Part shown: piece by piece, positions 30,764 through 40,899 of the stretch
Numbering within the stretch: position 1 is the stretch's first letter
Layout of the letters: each line of letters starts with the position of its first letter
From: Bdellovibrionales bacterium
Lineage (GTDB): Bacteria > Bdellovibrionota > Bdellovibrionia > Bdellovibrionales > UBA1609
Length of the DNA stretch: 64,000 bases
Direction: 5' to 3'
Assembly: GCA_965200875.1 (NCBI GenBank)
Contig: OZ241456.1
Coordinates: 1,632,001-1,696,000, forward strand
Notes under the pieces: generated by a model
What the model was told of the DNA's origin: nothing
The model's input: only the letters and a program-made list of their open reading frames with translations
Database searches by the model: none
Position numbers and translations under genes: made by a program

Positions 30764-31156
30764 TTATTCTTTATTCTGTTGTTGTAAAAGTATTTCATAC
30801 AACTTGGTAACATTCGTATTTGTGTCTTTGATAGATTCAGTCACTTCCACCCTAAAAGCATCAATCTTGTTATTGGTTTCGGCACTAAGAGTATCAATCC
30901 TCTGATTGGTTTCGGCGATCCTCTGATTGGTTTCAGTGATGATCCTCTGACTGGTCTCAGTGATCTTCTGGTTGGTTTCGGTGATCCTCTGATTGGTTTC
31001 AGTGATCCTATGGTTGGTTTCGGTGATATGATTAGTCAACAATTCTTTGATAGGGCTTATTTGAGCCTTCAACATCCAGTGTATAGCTCCAAAGAGAAGC
31101 CCTGTATAAAGAACAAAAAAAGTAAGAACTGGCGTAAATTCAATTATTTGATCCAT
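30764..31156 (-). CDS. Membrane-anchored coiled-coil protein with ITETNQR heptads
   Basis: GGAGG RBS; N-terminal TM; about six 21-bp tandem repeats. Confidence 0.75.
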   Translation of the reverse strand: MDQIIEFTPVLTFFVLYTGLLFGAIHWMLKAQISPIKELLTNHITETNHRITETNQRITETNQKITETSQRIITETNQRIAETNQRIDTLSAETNNKIDAFRVEVTESIKDTNTNVTKLYEILLQQQNKE

Positions 31157-31301
31157 ACACCCTCCTTCAATGAGTATAATCTTATCATATCAGGAGGCCA
31201 CGCGAGGGGGATGTAAACCAAGAAAGGAGGCGAAAAACGCGCCACCGGTTTTATAAAAATAACAATTTAATCAAGGACTTAAAAACTCTGAAAGCTTTTA
31301 C

Positions 31302-32120
31302 TTATCGGCATTTATCCCGAATAACCCGCTTCCTGAGATTTCTTTCCGAGACAGTCTGAAATCCTCTTTCCACAAAAGCCAGTTTCAGGGCCGCACTTAA
31401 ACTTTTCTCGCCTACCTTTGTATTAAACTTACTTATCAAATCCATCACATTGCTTCGAGCTTCGGCAGGCCATGTAACCATATCGTACCCATGTTTCGCT
31501 AAATCCAGTACAATATTTTCAGCAGTCGGAGTATTACCTTCAGTAGTGTTTCTAGTTATCTGTGATGTATTAATCGAAAACTTCACTATCGTTTGTATAT
31601 CCTCTGGACGAATTCCCTCTGAATTTTCTGCTTCTTTTTCTGCCACTTTTTCCGCCAGCATGTGCAGAGAACGCCCGATTTCTGGGTTGCGTGTGGCGGT
31701 TATAACTTTAAAAAGATTTGCTAATTGGTTTTGTGACAACTGGGGAACCATTTTTCTGCTCAAAATACCTATAATAGCTTGAGCTGTCGTCTCACTGATA
31801 GAAGGCGTTGATGTAACATCCATCAAACTATCAAGCACTCTAAGTGGGTTGCTTGATACTTGTCCAATCCGGACTAATTTAAGGTGTTCCTTATAAACAT
31901 CTTCTACACTACGAGACGTAGTAAACCAATTCACTGGATATCTGTTTTGAATATTCGTCACCATTTCAAATAAGTGGTATTGGGCTGAGGCGGATTCTTG
32001 GTGATAGCCTCTCAAAGTTCGTGCGATTGCTTCCACATTTCTCTTTGGTCTAGCAAAACTGGAAGAGCTGGCCATAAGCAAAGCAGATAAAATTCCGATA
32101 TACAGTAAACTTGTTTTCAT
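31302..32120 (-). CDS. Hypothetical secreted protein
   Basis: Signal peptide (SSSFA-RP); AGGAG RBS. Confidence 0.72.
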   Translation of the reverse strand: MKTSLLYIGILSALLMASSSSFARPKRNVEAIARTLRGYHQESASAQYHLFEMVTNIQNRYPVNWFTTSRSVEDVYKEHLKLVRIGQVSSNPLRVLDSLMDVTSTPSISETTAQAIIGILSRKMVPQLSQNQLANLFKVITATRNPEIGRSLHMLAEKVAEKEAENSEGIRPEDIQTIVKFSINTSQITRNTTEGNTPTAENIVLDLAKHGYDMVTWPAEARSNVMDLISKFNTKVGEKSLSAALKLAFVERGFQTVSERNLRKRVIRDKCR

Positions 32121-32266
32121 AACTAATACACTCCTTTTATTATTATTTTGTCGCTACAATTTATCTCAAAAAGAAAGTAAATAAAAGTTTTTTTTGAAAA
32201 TCAAAGATAAATATTTTCCAAGGTGTGAAATTTTTTCACTGTTTGACTGAAAAGTTACAATTTTCC

Positions 32267-33469
32267 TTATTTTAAAACAAGCTCTTTTGGCAAAGCTTGC
32301 GCATTATACTGGCTGGCCATTACAGCTCCATAAGCCCCTGCATCCAAAACAACCATAAAATCCCCTTCCCTTAAGTTGGAAAAAGCACGATCTCTTCCCA
32401 ATACATCTGATGACTCACAAACAGGCCCAACAACATCATAAATTTGCCGGGAGGAGTGGAAGTGGGAACAGTCCATTTTCAGAGGCAAAATCCGATGATA
32501 TGCCTGATAAAGGCAGGGACGAATCAAATGGTGTGTTCCTGTATCCAAAATGACAAAATTCTTATAAGAATTGCTTTTTATATATTGTATTTCTCCAATC
32601 AGACATCCAAACCGAGCAGTGATAATTCTTCCTGGTTCTGTCAGGATCCGTGCTTTAAAAGTTTTGGAGAGATTTTTCAAAAAAAGCCCATACTCCTTTA
32701 TAAGGTTCAAGTCTTCAGACCAATCCCGGCTTTTATAATCAATGCCTAAACCCCCACCTACATCGAAGGTTTGTAAATCAAATTCCTTTTGTAGTTCCTC
32801 ATAAAGGGATTTGATTTTCATTATACTGGCTTTCAGAGCCGTCAGATCTTGAATTTGAGAACCTATATGCAAAGTCAAACCACATAAAGTTAGATAAGCG
32901 GACCTTTGCCTTAAAATCTCCTTTAGTTTTGGAATTTGTTCCAACTCCAAACCAAATTTATGCTCTCTTAAACCTGTTTTAATATAAGGATGAGTATTCA
33001 GATCTATATCGGGATTCATGCGCAAAGCCACTTTGGCTTTTTTGTTCATACTGGAGGATATTTTCGCAATTCTTTTAAGTTCACCAGTGCTTTCCACATT
33101 AAACTGCAAAATATCAACTTTAAGAGCCAGTTTTATTTCCTCCTCTGTTTTACCCACTCCGGAAAAAACAATATCCTGACCTTGAAATCCCGCCTTTAAA
33201 GCCTGAGTAATTTCTCCCCCGGACACCACATCCACACCTACCCCTTCTTCTTGAAAAGCCTTTAATATATCCGGGTTAGAATTGGCTTTCATGGCATAAT
33301 GAATGTGAGCGGGAGCAGTATGTTTTTTGAAAAATTTTAATCTCTCCATCAGACCTGTTAAATCATAAACATAAACCGGTGTGCCACTTTTTTGCACTAA
33401 AGAAAACAAGTTATGCTTTTTTGTTTTCTGAACAATATGTAAATATTTTTTATAATATTCATAACTCAT
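32267..33469 (-). CDS. lysA: Diaminopimelate decarboxylase
   Basis: YAMKANS, HIGSQ, DVGGGLG, EPGR, GPVCESSD, GAYG. Confidence 0.95.
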   Translation of the reverse strand: MSYEYYKKYLHIVQKTKKHNLFSLVQKSGTPVYVYDLTGLMERLKFFKKHTAPAHIHYAMKANSNPDILKAFQEEGVGVDVVSGGEITQALKAGFQGQDIVFSGVGKTEEEIKLALKVDILQFNVESTGELKRIAKISSSMNKKAKVALRMNPDIDLNTHPYIKTGLREHKFGLELEQIPKLKEILRQRSAYLTLCGLTLHIGSQIQDLTALKASIMKIKSLYEELQKEFDLQTFDVGGGLGIDYKSRDWSEDLNLIKEYGLFLKNLSKTFKARILTEPGRIITARFGCLIGEIQYIKSNSYKNFVILDTGTHHLIRPCLYQAYHRILPLKMDCSHFHSSRQIYDVVGPVCESSDVLGRDRAFSNLREGDFMVVLDAGAYGAVMASQYNAQALPKELVLK

Positions 33470-33477
33470 AACAGCCT

Positions 33478-34698
33478 TTATCTATCTTTATAAACACTTT
33501 CCAGTTTAAACTCCTTATGCAAAGCCTCAGCAGAAGGCAAAAGGTGTTTTTTATCAATAATGGCACTGATTTTAATTTCCGAAGTGGTTACCAAATGTAT
33601 ATCCATCCCGATCCGGGTTAAAGCTTTGAAAAACCGGCTAGCCACTCCCGGATGATTGGCCATCCCCACCCCCACAATGGAAAGCTTTGCCAAATCCTCA
33701 ATGATACTCACCTTTTTTTGTTCCATCATTTTATATACAATTTCTTTTGTTTCCAGCAGATTTTCCTTATGAATGGAAAAAGCAAGCCTTTGACCTTCCT
33801 TATTATAGCTTTGAGATATAACATCCACGGAAATATGTCGATCAGCCAGAATGCCAAACAGTTCTGTTATAAACTGCCCACCAGAGGGTACGGGATACAT
33901 TTTAATAATCACTGTATCCATATCATGTGTAACAGCGGACACAAGAGGTTGTTCCATAAGATCCTCCTTTGGCAAGATCCAAGTTCCTTCGGTTTCTTCA
34001 TAAGCGGATCGAATATGAAGTTTGATTTTATATTTTGCCGCTATTTCCACGGAACGGCAATGTAAAACACGACTTCCGAGAGAGGACATTTCCATCATCT
34101 CTTCAAAACTGAGTGTAGAGATTTTGTTAGCTTCCTCTACCAGCCGAGGATCTGCTGTATAAACTTTCGGAACATCCGTAAAAATTTCACAATCTGGCTG
34201 TTTAAAAGCCACAGCCAAGGCTACAGCTGTGGTGTCGCTTCCCCCTCTTCCCAAGGTGGTAATGGTGTTTCCATTGGTTACACCTTGGAAACCCGCCACC
34301 AACGGCACATAATCCTCGTTTAAATACTTTTTAACAGGCTCTGTTTTAATTTCCTGAATGCGTGCACGGGAAAAAAGTGCGTCTGTTTGAATACCCACTT
34401 GGTGGGCAAGCAAAGGAACGGTCTTAACTTTTCTTTTTTCCAAAGCTAGAGCCAAAAGAGCCACACTAACCTGCTCTCCCGAAGCAAGCAACATATCATA
34501 AGCTGGTCCTCTATGGGAGGGATTTATTTGCTTTGCCAGACTGATAAGCCGGTTGGTTTCCCCGGACATGGCAGACACCACCACCAAAGGTATTTGCCCC
34601 TTTGATTTATCCCTAACAATCCTCTCAGCCACTTGTTCAATTTTTTCGATGGAGCCTACGGAAGTGCCACCAAACTTTTTAATATGGATTCTTTTCAT
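33478..34698 (-). CDS. lysC: Aspartate kinase
   Basis: KFGGTSVG, TTLGRGGSD, TADPR, two ACT domains. Confidence 0.96.
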   Translation of the reverse strand: MKRIHIKKFGGTSVGSIEKIEQVAERIVRDKSKGQIPLVVVSAMSGETNRLISLAKQINPSHRGPAYDMLLASGEQVSVALLALALEKRKVKTVPLLAHQVGIQTDALFSRARIQEIKTEPVKKYLNEDYVPLVAGFQGVTNGNTITTLGRGGSDTTAVALAVAFKQPDCEIFTDVPKVYTADPRLVEEANKISTLSFEEMMEMSSLGSRVLHCRSVEIAAKYKIKLHIRSAYEETEGTWILPKEDLMEQPLVSAVTHDMDTVIIKMYPVPSGGQFITELFGILADRHISVDVISQSYNKEGQRLAFSIHKENLLETKEIVYKMMEQKKVSIIEDLAKLSIVGVGMANHPGVASRFFKALTRIGMDIHLVTTSEIKISAIIDKKHLLPSAEALHKEFKLESVYKDR

Positions 34699-34830
34699 AA
34701 GTCACCAGAGAAAAATATATTTTAAAAATTTTCCTTCCAAGATCTTTAAAGCTTTTTATAAAAAAATCAAGTTTTTTTAACTTAATGAAACATCTCCTTA
34801 AAACTCAACAAGATTCCCGTTTTCACGGGC

Positions 34831-34929
34831 GACTGATAAGTTTTTTAACACCCGTGAAATTTTTACATAGATTGCTCAAATCCTCTCACAGAGACTGATA
34901 AGTTTTTTAACACCCGTGAAATTTTTACA
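34831..34929. repeat. Perfect 37-bp direct repeat separated by 25 bp
   Basis: GACTGATAAGTTTTTTAACACCCGTGAAATTTTTACA at 34831-34867 and 34893-34929. Confidence 0.9.
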
Positions 34930-35003
34930 CGGAGTCAAAAAAACTGTTTTTATTTTTTTTTTAATACCTTAAAATTTACTTTGGTTTAAGAAAGGACTGA
35001 CTT

Positions 35004-38000
35004 ATGAATATAACACGCTATAAAAAATATCTAATGGCTATAAGCTTTTCCATCTGCATTGTTCTTTCCTTATCAGCAAATGAAGAAAAGGTGGATGTGG
35101 ATTTTACACCAGCTACAGAAGCAGAAAGAGAAGCCACAAAGCCCTCTAAAATTTCAGGCCAAGATGTTATAGACTTGCTTCATTTCGCAGGAGTTCCACT
35201 TACAGAAGAACAAATAAAAAATCTTCGTGCACTCCCAGCGGAAGAAAGTGAAAAATTTATTCAGTTAACAGAAGAACAACAGGAAAAAATAATAAACCTC
35301 ACAGAAGAACAAAAACAAAATCTTTTAGAGATGACCACAGAAGAAAAAATAAGGTTCTTGGGTTTAACACCGCTCCAAAAAAGAAAATTACTCAGAGAGA
35401 CAGAACGAGACATAAAGTTGACCCAAGCCATAACACAAGCACATAACAGAAGATTCCTCGGCACAGCAATACACCAGGTTAAAGGTTTTCACTTGGAAGC
35501 TTTGGTATTTTATGCAGCTATGGGAGCCAGTATGGCCGCAACAGCACAAATAGATTTTATAGACAAAGGAGGAAGAACAGACCCGCGATGGATGGAAACT
35601 CTTATCTATGAGATGACTTCCACTGTAGGCTTGTTCAGCTTTTTCGCTTTTGTAATAGCCAGCGGACAAATGAATACTTTTTATTCAAGGTGGCTTACCA
35701 GTAATATTATTTTTAGAAGTATACCAGGTGGTAGACAAACCCCTAAAAGGGTCCGGCAAAGCCTAGGCCATCAAAGGTTAAGCGCACTTAACAATTCACC
35801 AACCAGACTTGCCCGGGTAGCTGGAGAAGTGGGCACACAATCCGGTGCAATATTATTCGGAGGGTGGAACCGTGGCCTGTTCTTTGCAAATCCTCTTGGT
35901 ATGGCAACCGGTATGATGGCATCCAATATTGTGCATGAAGTTGACTTTATTTTTACTCAAAACGCTCATTTTCCAGGTTGCAAGAATAAAATTTTTGGAA
36001 AATCCGAGTTAGAGGACCAAGCTAGTGAAACAGAAATAAAACAAGAGGACCTTCAAAATAAATTTCATTGTGATTTGTTTTATGAAGAACTTGGACATAC
36101 CATTAATAGCTGGATGCCAGGGTTGGTTTCTTTGGTGGCTGCTTCCATGCTTTCTCATGCCTTAGTCAATATGGCTTATAGTGGAATTGCTACAGCTGGC
36201 AGAGGTGTTGGTATGAGGCAGAAACAAATAATCAAAACAGGTATGCTTAGAGGTGTTACTATTCGGGCAAGCCGTAGCCTCCCATTGGGAGCTATAGCAC
36301 GAGGAGCTTCATGGCTTGTGCCTGTTCCTCCTGTATTAAGAGGAGGACAACTACTCGCAGGAGGAGCAAGAACTATTGCCAGATGGATGGACAATCATAT
36401 AATACGACCAGTCGATCAATGGGTGACCAAGCATATACTACCAGGAGGGCGGGGCCATAGTTTCGTAAATCTTTTTACTTTTATGTTGACAGATACATGG
36501 GTCACTCACGGCATTTTCGCAGATTGGATGACAGAACCGGAAACCGCAAAAGATGTGGCAAAAGGTATGAAAGATTTTATGAAATACCATAATGTGGATT
36601 ATACTACAAACGCAGATGAGGATTTTCTGGAAATTGGAGGTCGCTCCTACCATGAAAGTATTGTTTCTGCACATAAACTGGGGCTTTCTTTTAGCCGGTG
36701 GAGACAGTTCAGAACACAACATGCCATGATGGCTTATCAAAATTGGTTTAAGTATGTATCGGAAACAATTGGTTCGTTTGAAGAAGCTTACGACACATAC
36801 AAAAAGTTTTTCATGGATCCAAAAACGCAAAATTCTAACTGGAAGACAAGTGATTTTTTTGGCATAGTTACAGAAGAAGAGGCGAAACCGGCTTTAAAAC
36901 AGATGTGGGAGACTATTGACCAATATATAGTAGACAATAATTTAACTGAACCAGAAGATCTGAATCTCCATGTAGTTTCTTCCTCTCATACCCGCTTTTT
37001 GAAGCCTCAGGAAGATTTATATGCTCAGGAAAGAGAAACAAAAGAGCAACGAAACGAAAATGTGTCTTTTTTAGGAAGAGTCTTAAATGGTATTACAGGC
37101 CGTTTGAGAGAAAGTAAAGAAGTGGATCGAATATTTACTTTGCGTGCCCTCTTGAATTCTGTAAATGAAGGATCATCCATTGAACATTTTTACGGAGATG
37201 AATGGGATCAGGTTCTTAAAGCAAAAATAGATGAAATTACATTTGCTTCTGAACAGAAAGAAACACCAAGAATAGATACAATTACACTTGCTTCTGAACA
37301 GAAAGAAAAAATTGAAGAAATCAAAAATCAAATTAACTCCAGCTCCATAAGTAATGACGACAAACTGCAAATGATAGTAGGCAATTTTTCAGAATTACTG
37401 CCTGTAATCAGTCAATTACACTTCCATGTTAATCCAACTGTAAGTGAGGCTGATGAGCAGAATCAGGAAGCTAACATCCTGCTCGATATTTTTATGTCAG
37501 CTCTTGAACAAGCGGGTATACCGGAATCGGATGCACAAAACGACCGGATTGTAACAGATAAAGTAGATGACTGGTCTCCATTTTATTTTGAAAGAGTGAT
37601 TGACTTGTTAGATGAAAAAGCAGAAAGATTTTCCAGCTCAGCAAATATTTTAGATGATACTGCTGAGATTGAAACAAGAGCCAGAGAGCAACTGAGAAAA
37701 AAAATACAAGCCTCAGCTGTGGAATATTTAAAATGGATTATTGAGAAACAAACAGAAGAGAGAAGCACCGGTAGCATGCCTTATCTTGTGGAAAATCCAG
37801 ATAATATAAATTTGCCACTTGAAGCTTTATCCCTGTTTCGTAAATTGGGGGAAAATAATATTTTTGCAAAACTATATGCAAAAACTTTTATAAAAAATGA
37901 GGAAAACGGCACAGGAGAAAATACCGAAGGGGATTCTCAGTATAAACAAATCAACCCGCAGACTCCAGGCATGCAGTATATCACTGATATGAACGACTAC

Positions 38001-39488
38001 ATCAAAGAAAAAGAGAAAAGGTTTGATATTGATATTCACCCTGATCACCTAGCCCAACTACGCACACTAGGTATTATGGACTTTTTTATAGCGTCTGCAC
38101 TGTGTGGCCCAGACTTGAGAAAAAATGAAAATACAGATTTATTCCAAAAACTTAACAGCATATTTGATGCCTCAGGAGGGGTTTCAGAAACTACATTTGA
38201 GGAGACATTCTCTGAACAGGAGATAGACGACTTTATGCAACAAAGTCCGGTTTTTGATCGTGGGCTTTTGGGGAAGAACTACAATTTTTATCCTCCTCTT
38301 ATCACCACTATAGATGAGCAGGCTCGAAGAAATATTTGTGCGGGCGTATACAGCCAAAATGAGCATAGAGTAGTAACAGACATTTATAATGGCCATTTTC
38401 CGGTAGGAGATAAGGTATATAACAATTTATTGTACTTGGTGCTAGATCACATTGGTTTAGAGGGAGTTTCCTCTCAAGAGGAGTTTAAAAAATGGTGGTA
38501 TGACAAAATGGAACTTCACTATATCTCGTTTATACTTTCTGCGGATAAAGAGTATCAAAAACTCGTAAAAAATGAATTTACAGGAGCTTTGTTCCATGAA
38601 GGCACAGAAGAAGTGAATTTACTCAGTGAAATTATTTCAGTGGATTCCGGCCAATCTGTGTCGGATCAAATATTCAAGCTCACTAAAGAGTGGATCGAAA
38701 ATGAAGGGGCTTATGAATATACTCCACACTATAGCTCTGGTTTAGATCGCGCGGGGCAAGCTGATTACAACACCTATTCTCTGCCTTTGGATAAAGGTGT
38801 ATTCAAAAACATACATTTTGAGGCACTTTACTGGGGAGATATAATACTGCATTACATTCAAAAAACGGAAAACCCACTTCCCGAAAGTGATTTGGAAGAG
38901 TTAAAAAAGAGTTTAAAAGCTTTCGCGGAAGGTTTTAATCCGGAAACAGAAATTTTAGTGGAAACAGAAGAAGATATAGTAACGGCAATCCACTTTCCGA
39001 ATATTGATTCAGATTCTCGTCAGAAATCACATATTGGATCCCATTTTGCAAAAAACTTTCTGGCAAATGTGGAAAATCTGAAGCTTCTCCTAGTATCCGG
39101 ATTAGGAGAGTATCACAATATCAGTGAAATATTAAATATAGATACAGGAGATATATTATCAGTAGCAGACCCAGTATTGAGTGATGATACACAACATTTA
39201 AGTGATAAAAGACTAAAAGAGATGGATAGAGAAGCTATTGGAGCTTTCAGCTGTGACTCAAACAAGAACATGGATGATTGTGAAAGAGTTTCTTTGCCAA
39301 AACAGATTTTAAATTATTCTATTATAAAGCTTAACCGTATTTTGACTGAAGCCACTAGTTATGCCAATATAATTGGATATATATCTGAACACCCCGAGGT
39401 AAGTTGCGCGACTGCCAGCCTCGAAAACCAAAAAACTTGCAAAGAAACTGCTACCCTCGAACAAACAACTGCCGGCCCCCTCAACTAA
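35004..39488 (+). CDS. Very large hypothetical secreted/membrane protein
   Basis: 1494-aa ORF; signal peptide, LTEEQ repeats, Gly/Ala-rich hydrophobic helices, acidic C-terminal half. Confidence 0.8.
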   Translation: MNITRYKKYLMAISFSICIVLSLSANEEKVDVDFTPATEAEREATKPSKISGQDVIDLLHFAGVPLTEEQIKNLRALPAEESEKFIQLTEEQQEKIINLTEEQKQNLLEMTTEEKIRFLGLTPLQKRKLLRETERDIKLTQAITQAHNRRFLGTAIHQVKGFHLEALVFYAAMGASMAATAQIDFIDKGGRTDPRWMETLIYEMTSTVGLFSFFAFVIASGQMNTFYSRWLTSNIIFRSIPGGRQTPKRVRQSLGHQRLSALNNSPTRLARVAGEVGTQSGAILFGGWNRGLFFANPLGMATGMMASNIVHEVDFIFTQNAHFPGCKNKIFGKSELEDQASETEIKQEDLQNKFHCDLFYEELGHTINSWMPGLVSLVAASMLSHALVNMAYSGIATAGRGVGMRQKQIIKTGMLRGVTIRASRSLPLGAIARGASWLVPVPPVLRGGQLLAGGARTIARWMDNHIIRPVDQWVTKHILPGGRGHSFVNLFTFMLTDTWVTHGIFADWMTEPETAKDVAKGMKDFMKYHNVDYTTNADEDFLEIGGRSYHESIVSAHKLGLSFSRWRQFRTQHAMMAYQNWFKYVSETIGSFEEAYDTYKKFFMDPKTQNSNWKTSDFFGIVTEEEAKPALKQMWETIDQYIVDNNLTEPEDLNLHVVSSSHTRFLKPQEDLYAQERETKEQRNENVSFLGRVLNGITGRLRESKEVDRIFTLRALLNSVNEGSSIEHFYGDEWDQVLKAKIDEITFASEQKETPRIDTITLASEQKEKIEEIKNQINSSSISNDDKLQMIVGNFSELLPVISQLHFHVNPTVSEADEQNQEANILLDIFMSALEQAGIPESDAQNDRIVTDKVDDWSPFYFERVIDLLDEKAERFSSSANILDDTAEIETRAREQLRKKIQASAVEYLKWIIEKQTEERSTGSMPYLVENPDNINLPLEALSLFRKLGENNIFAKLYAKTFIKNEENGTGENTEGDSQYKQINPQTPGMQYITDMNDYIKEKEKRFDIDIHPDHLAQLRTLGIMDFFIASALCGPDLRKNENTDLFQKLNSIFDASGGVSETTFEETFSEQEIDDFMQQSPVFDRGLLGKNYNFYPPLITTIDEQARRNICAGVYSQNEHRVVTDIYNGHFPVGDKVYNNLLYLVLDHIGLEGVSSQEEFKKWWYDKMELHYISFILSADKEYQKLVKNEFTGALFHEGTEEVNLLSEIISVDSGQSVSDQIFKLTKEWIENEGAYEYTPHYSSGLDRAGQADYNTYSLPLDKGVFKNIHFEALYWGDIILHYIQKTENPLPESDLEELKKSLKAFAEGFNPETEILVETEEDIVTAIHFPNIDSDSRQKSHIGSHFAKNFLANVENLKLLLVSGLGEYHNISEILNIDTGDILSVADPVLSDDTQHLSDKRLKEMDREAIGAFSCDSNKNMDDCERVSLPKQILNYSIIKLNRILTEATSYANIIGYISEHPEVSCATASLENQKTCKETATLEQTTAGPLN

Positions 39489-39528
39489 ACAACAGAGAAC
39501 CTTCCCGACTCCGAACTTCACCACTAAA

Positions 39529-40782
39529 CTAGGAGGAAGTGAAATCTCCCGGTACTGATGGAGGTTCTTTCCTATAATTTTTGAACAAAGTTTTGGTTTT
39601 TGCTTCAAACCATTCTTTTTCCGCCAAAGACACCAAAGCAGAAGTGATGATAATGGATAAAGGAATAATGGCAAAAATTAAATTTTGGATCCACTCCCCC
39701 TGTTCCAAGCCTCTTTGCAAAGGCAAAGTGGCCAATACGGCGCAAGCAAGCCCCCTCGGTCCCATAGCGGTTGCGGTCACGGCGTCTAGGCGAGATGTTT
39801 CTTTACTCTTTAAGATGAATCGAATGGAAGCATAACGAGTGGCGAAAATCAAACCGGTTAAAAGAAAAGCCCATAACACAGAAGACACCCCTTTTATTTG
39901 AATCAAAAGCCCTAAGTAGAGAAAAAAGAAAGTTCTTAGCAAAAAAGTAATAGCACTTAGAATCGTCAACTCCCCGGAAGAAACAGGTTTATCCTCCAAG
40001 AAAGCTCTTAAAGAAGCTGGAAGCAGATTAATGTTGGCCAAAGTAAAACCCAAACTCAAAACTCCTATAGCTCCGTTTAAAGATAAAAACTCTAAAACAC
40101 CGTAAGTCAGCAGAGCACCCGCTTCTCCTGCAAAAGGTAGTCTGGAGACCTCTGTTGTTTTTCTTAAAAAAGCCCATACAATACCGGAAAGCGCGCCTAT
40201 GCCTATGGACACTATGGGAGTGGAGCTAAGGCTGATAAAAAACCTGCCCCCACTAGCATTTTCAGAAGTGAGGTATTCCAAAAGACCCAGAAAGATAACA
40301 ATGGTCAACACATCTGTAAAAGCGGATTCCAGAGAAAGCACAGTTTTGGTTTGTTTTTTTATGGAAAGAGGTTTCACCATAGGAATCACAATAGCGGAAG
40401 AAGTGCTTCCAATACCCACACCAACCAGCAACGCGGACATAAAAGGTAAAACCGGCAAAAGAACTATAGCGGAGACAAAAGTTATGGATAAAAAACTAAA
40501 AAGGGAAAGGCTGAGTGCAGAAAGAGAGGACTCCATTAAATCCTTAAAGCTTAAATGCAAGCCTCCTTCATACAAAATAATAATCAAAGTAATAATGGCA
40601 AGTACTTTCCCGGCCTGACCCAGATGAACATCCGGCTGAATCAAATTGGTAATAGAAGGGCCTAAAATAAAACCAATAATGATTAAAATAAGAAGATCGG
40701 GAATTTTGGTTTTTATAAAAAACCAATTAAGGGCGTGACCCAGAAAAAACAAAACAGAAAGTCCGATGATAATAATATCCAT
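39529..40782 (-). CDS. Cation:proton antiporter (CPA family)
   Basis: About 12 TM; KIPDLLILI, STSSAIV, LESAFTD, GPRGLA. Confidence 0.85.
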   Translation of the reverse strand: MDIIIIGLSVLFFLGHALNWFFIKTKIPDLLILIIIGFILGPSITNLIQPDVHLGQAGKVLAIITLIIILYEGGLHLSFKDLMESSLSALSLSLFSFLSITFVSAIVLLPVLPFMSALLVGVGIGSTSSAIVIPMVKPLSIKKQTKTVLSLESAFTDVLTIVIFLGLLEYLTSENASGGRFFISLSSTPIVSIGIGALSGIVWAFLRKTTEVSRLPFAGEAGALLTYGVLEFLSLNGAIGVLSLGFTLANINLLPASLRAFLEDKPVSSGELTILSAITFLLRTFFFLYLGLLIQIKGVSSVLWAFLLTGLIFATRYASIRFILKSKETSRLDAVTATAMGPRGLACAVLATLPLQRGLEQGEWIQNLIFAIIPLSIIITSALVSLAEKEWFEAKTKTLFKNYRKEPPSVPGDFTSS

Positions 40783-40899
40783 TGTGACAATTTCCCCTTT
40801 TCTTCAAACCACTCCCGGGTTTTTGTCAGCTTTCCGGGAATTATGTTGGTCTCAGACAACAGCACCGGGCAATATCTGATTTTTTTTACACATAAAAAA

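Noticed and set aside
34831..34929. Mini-CRISPR or lysine riboswitch upstream of lysC
   Set aside because: Only two repeats, a short spacer and no cas genes; no L-box consensus recognised
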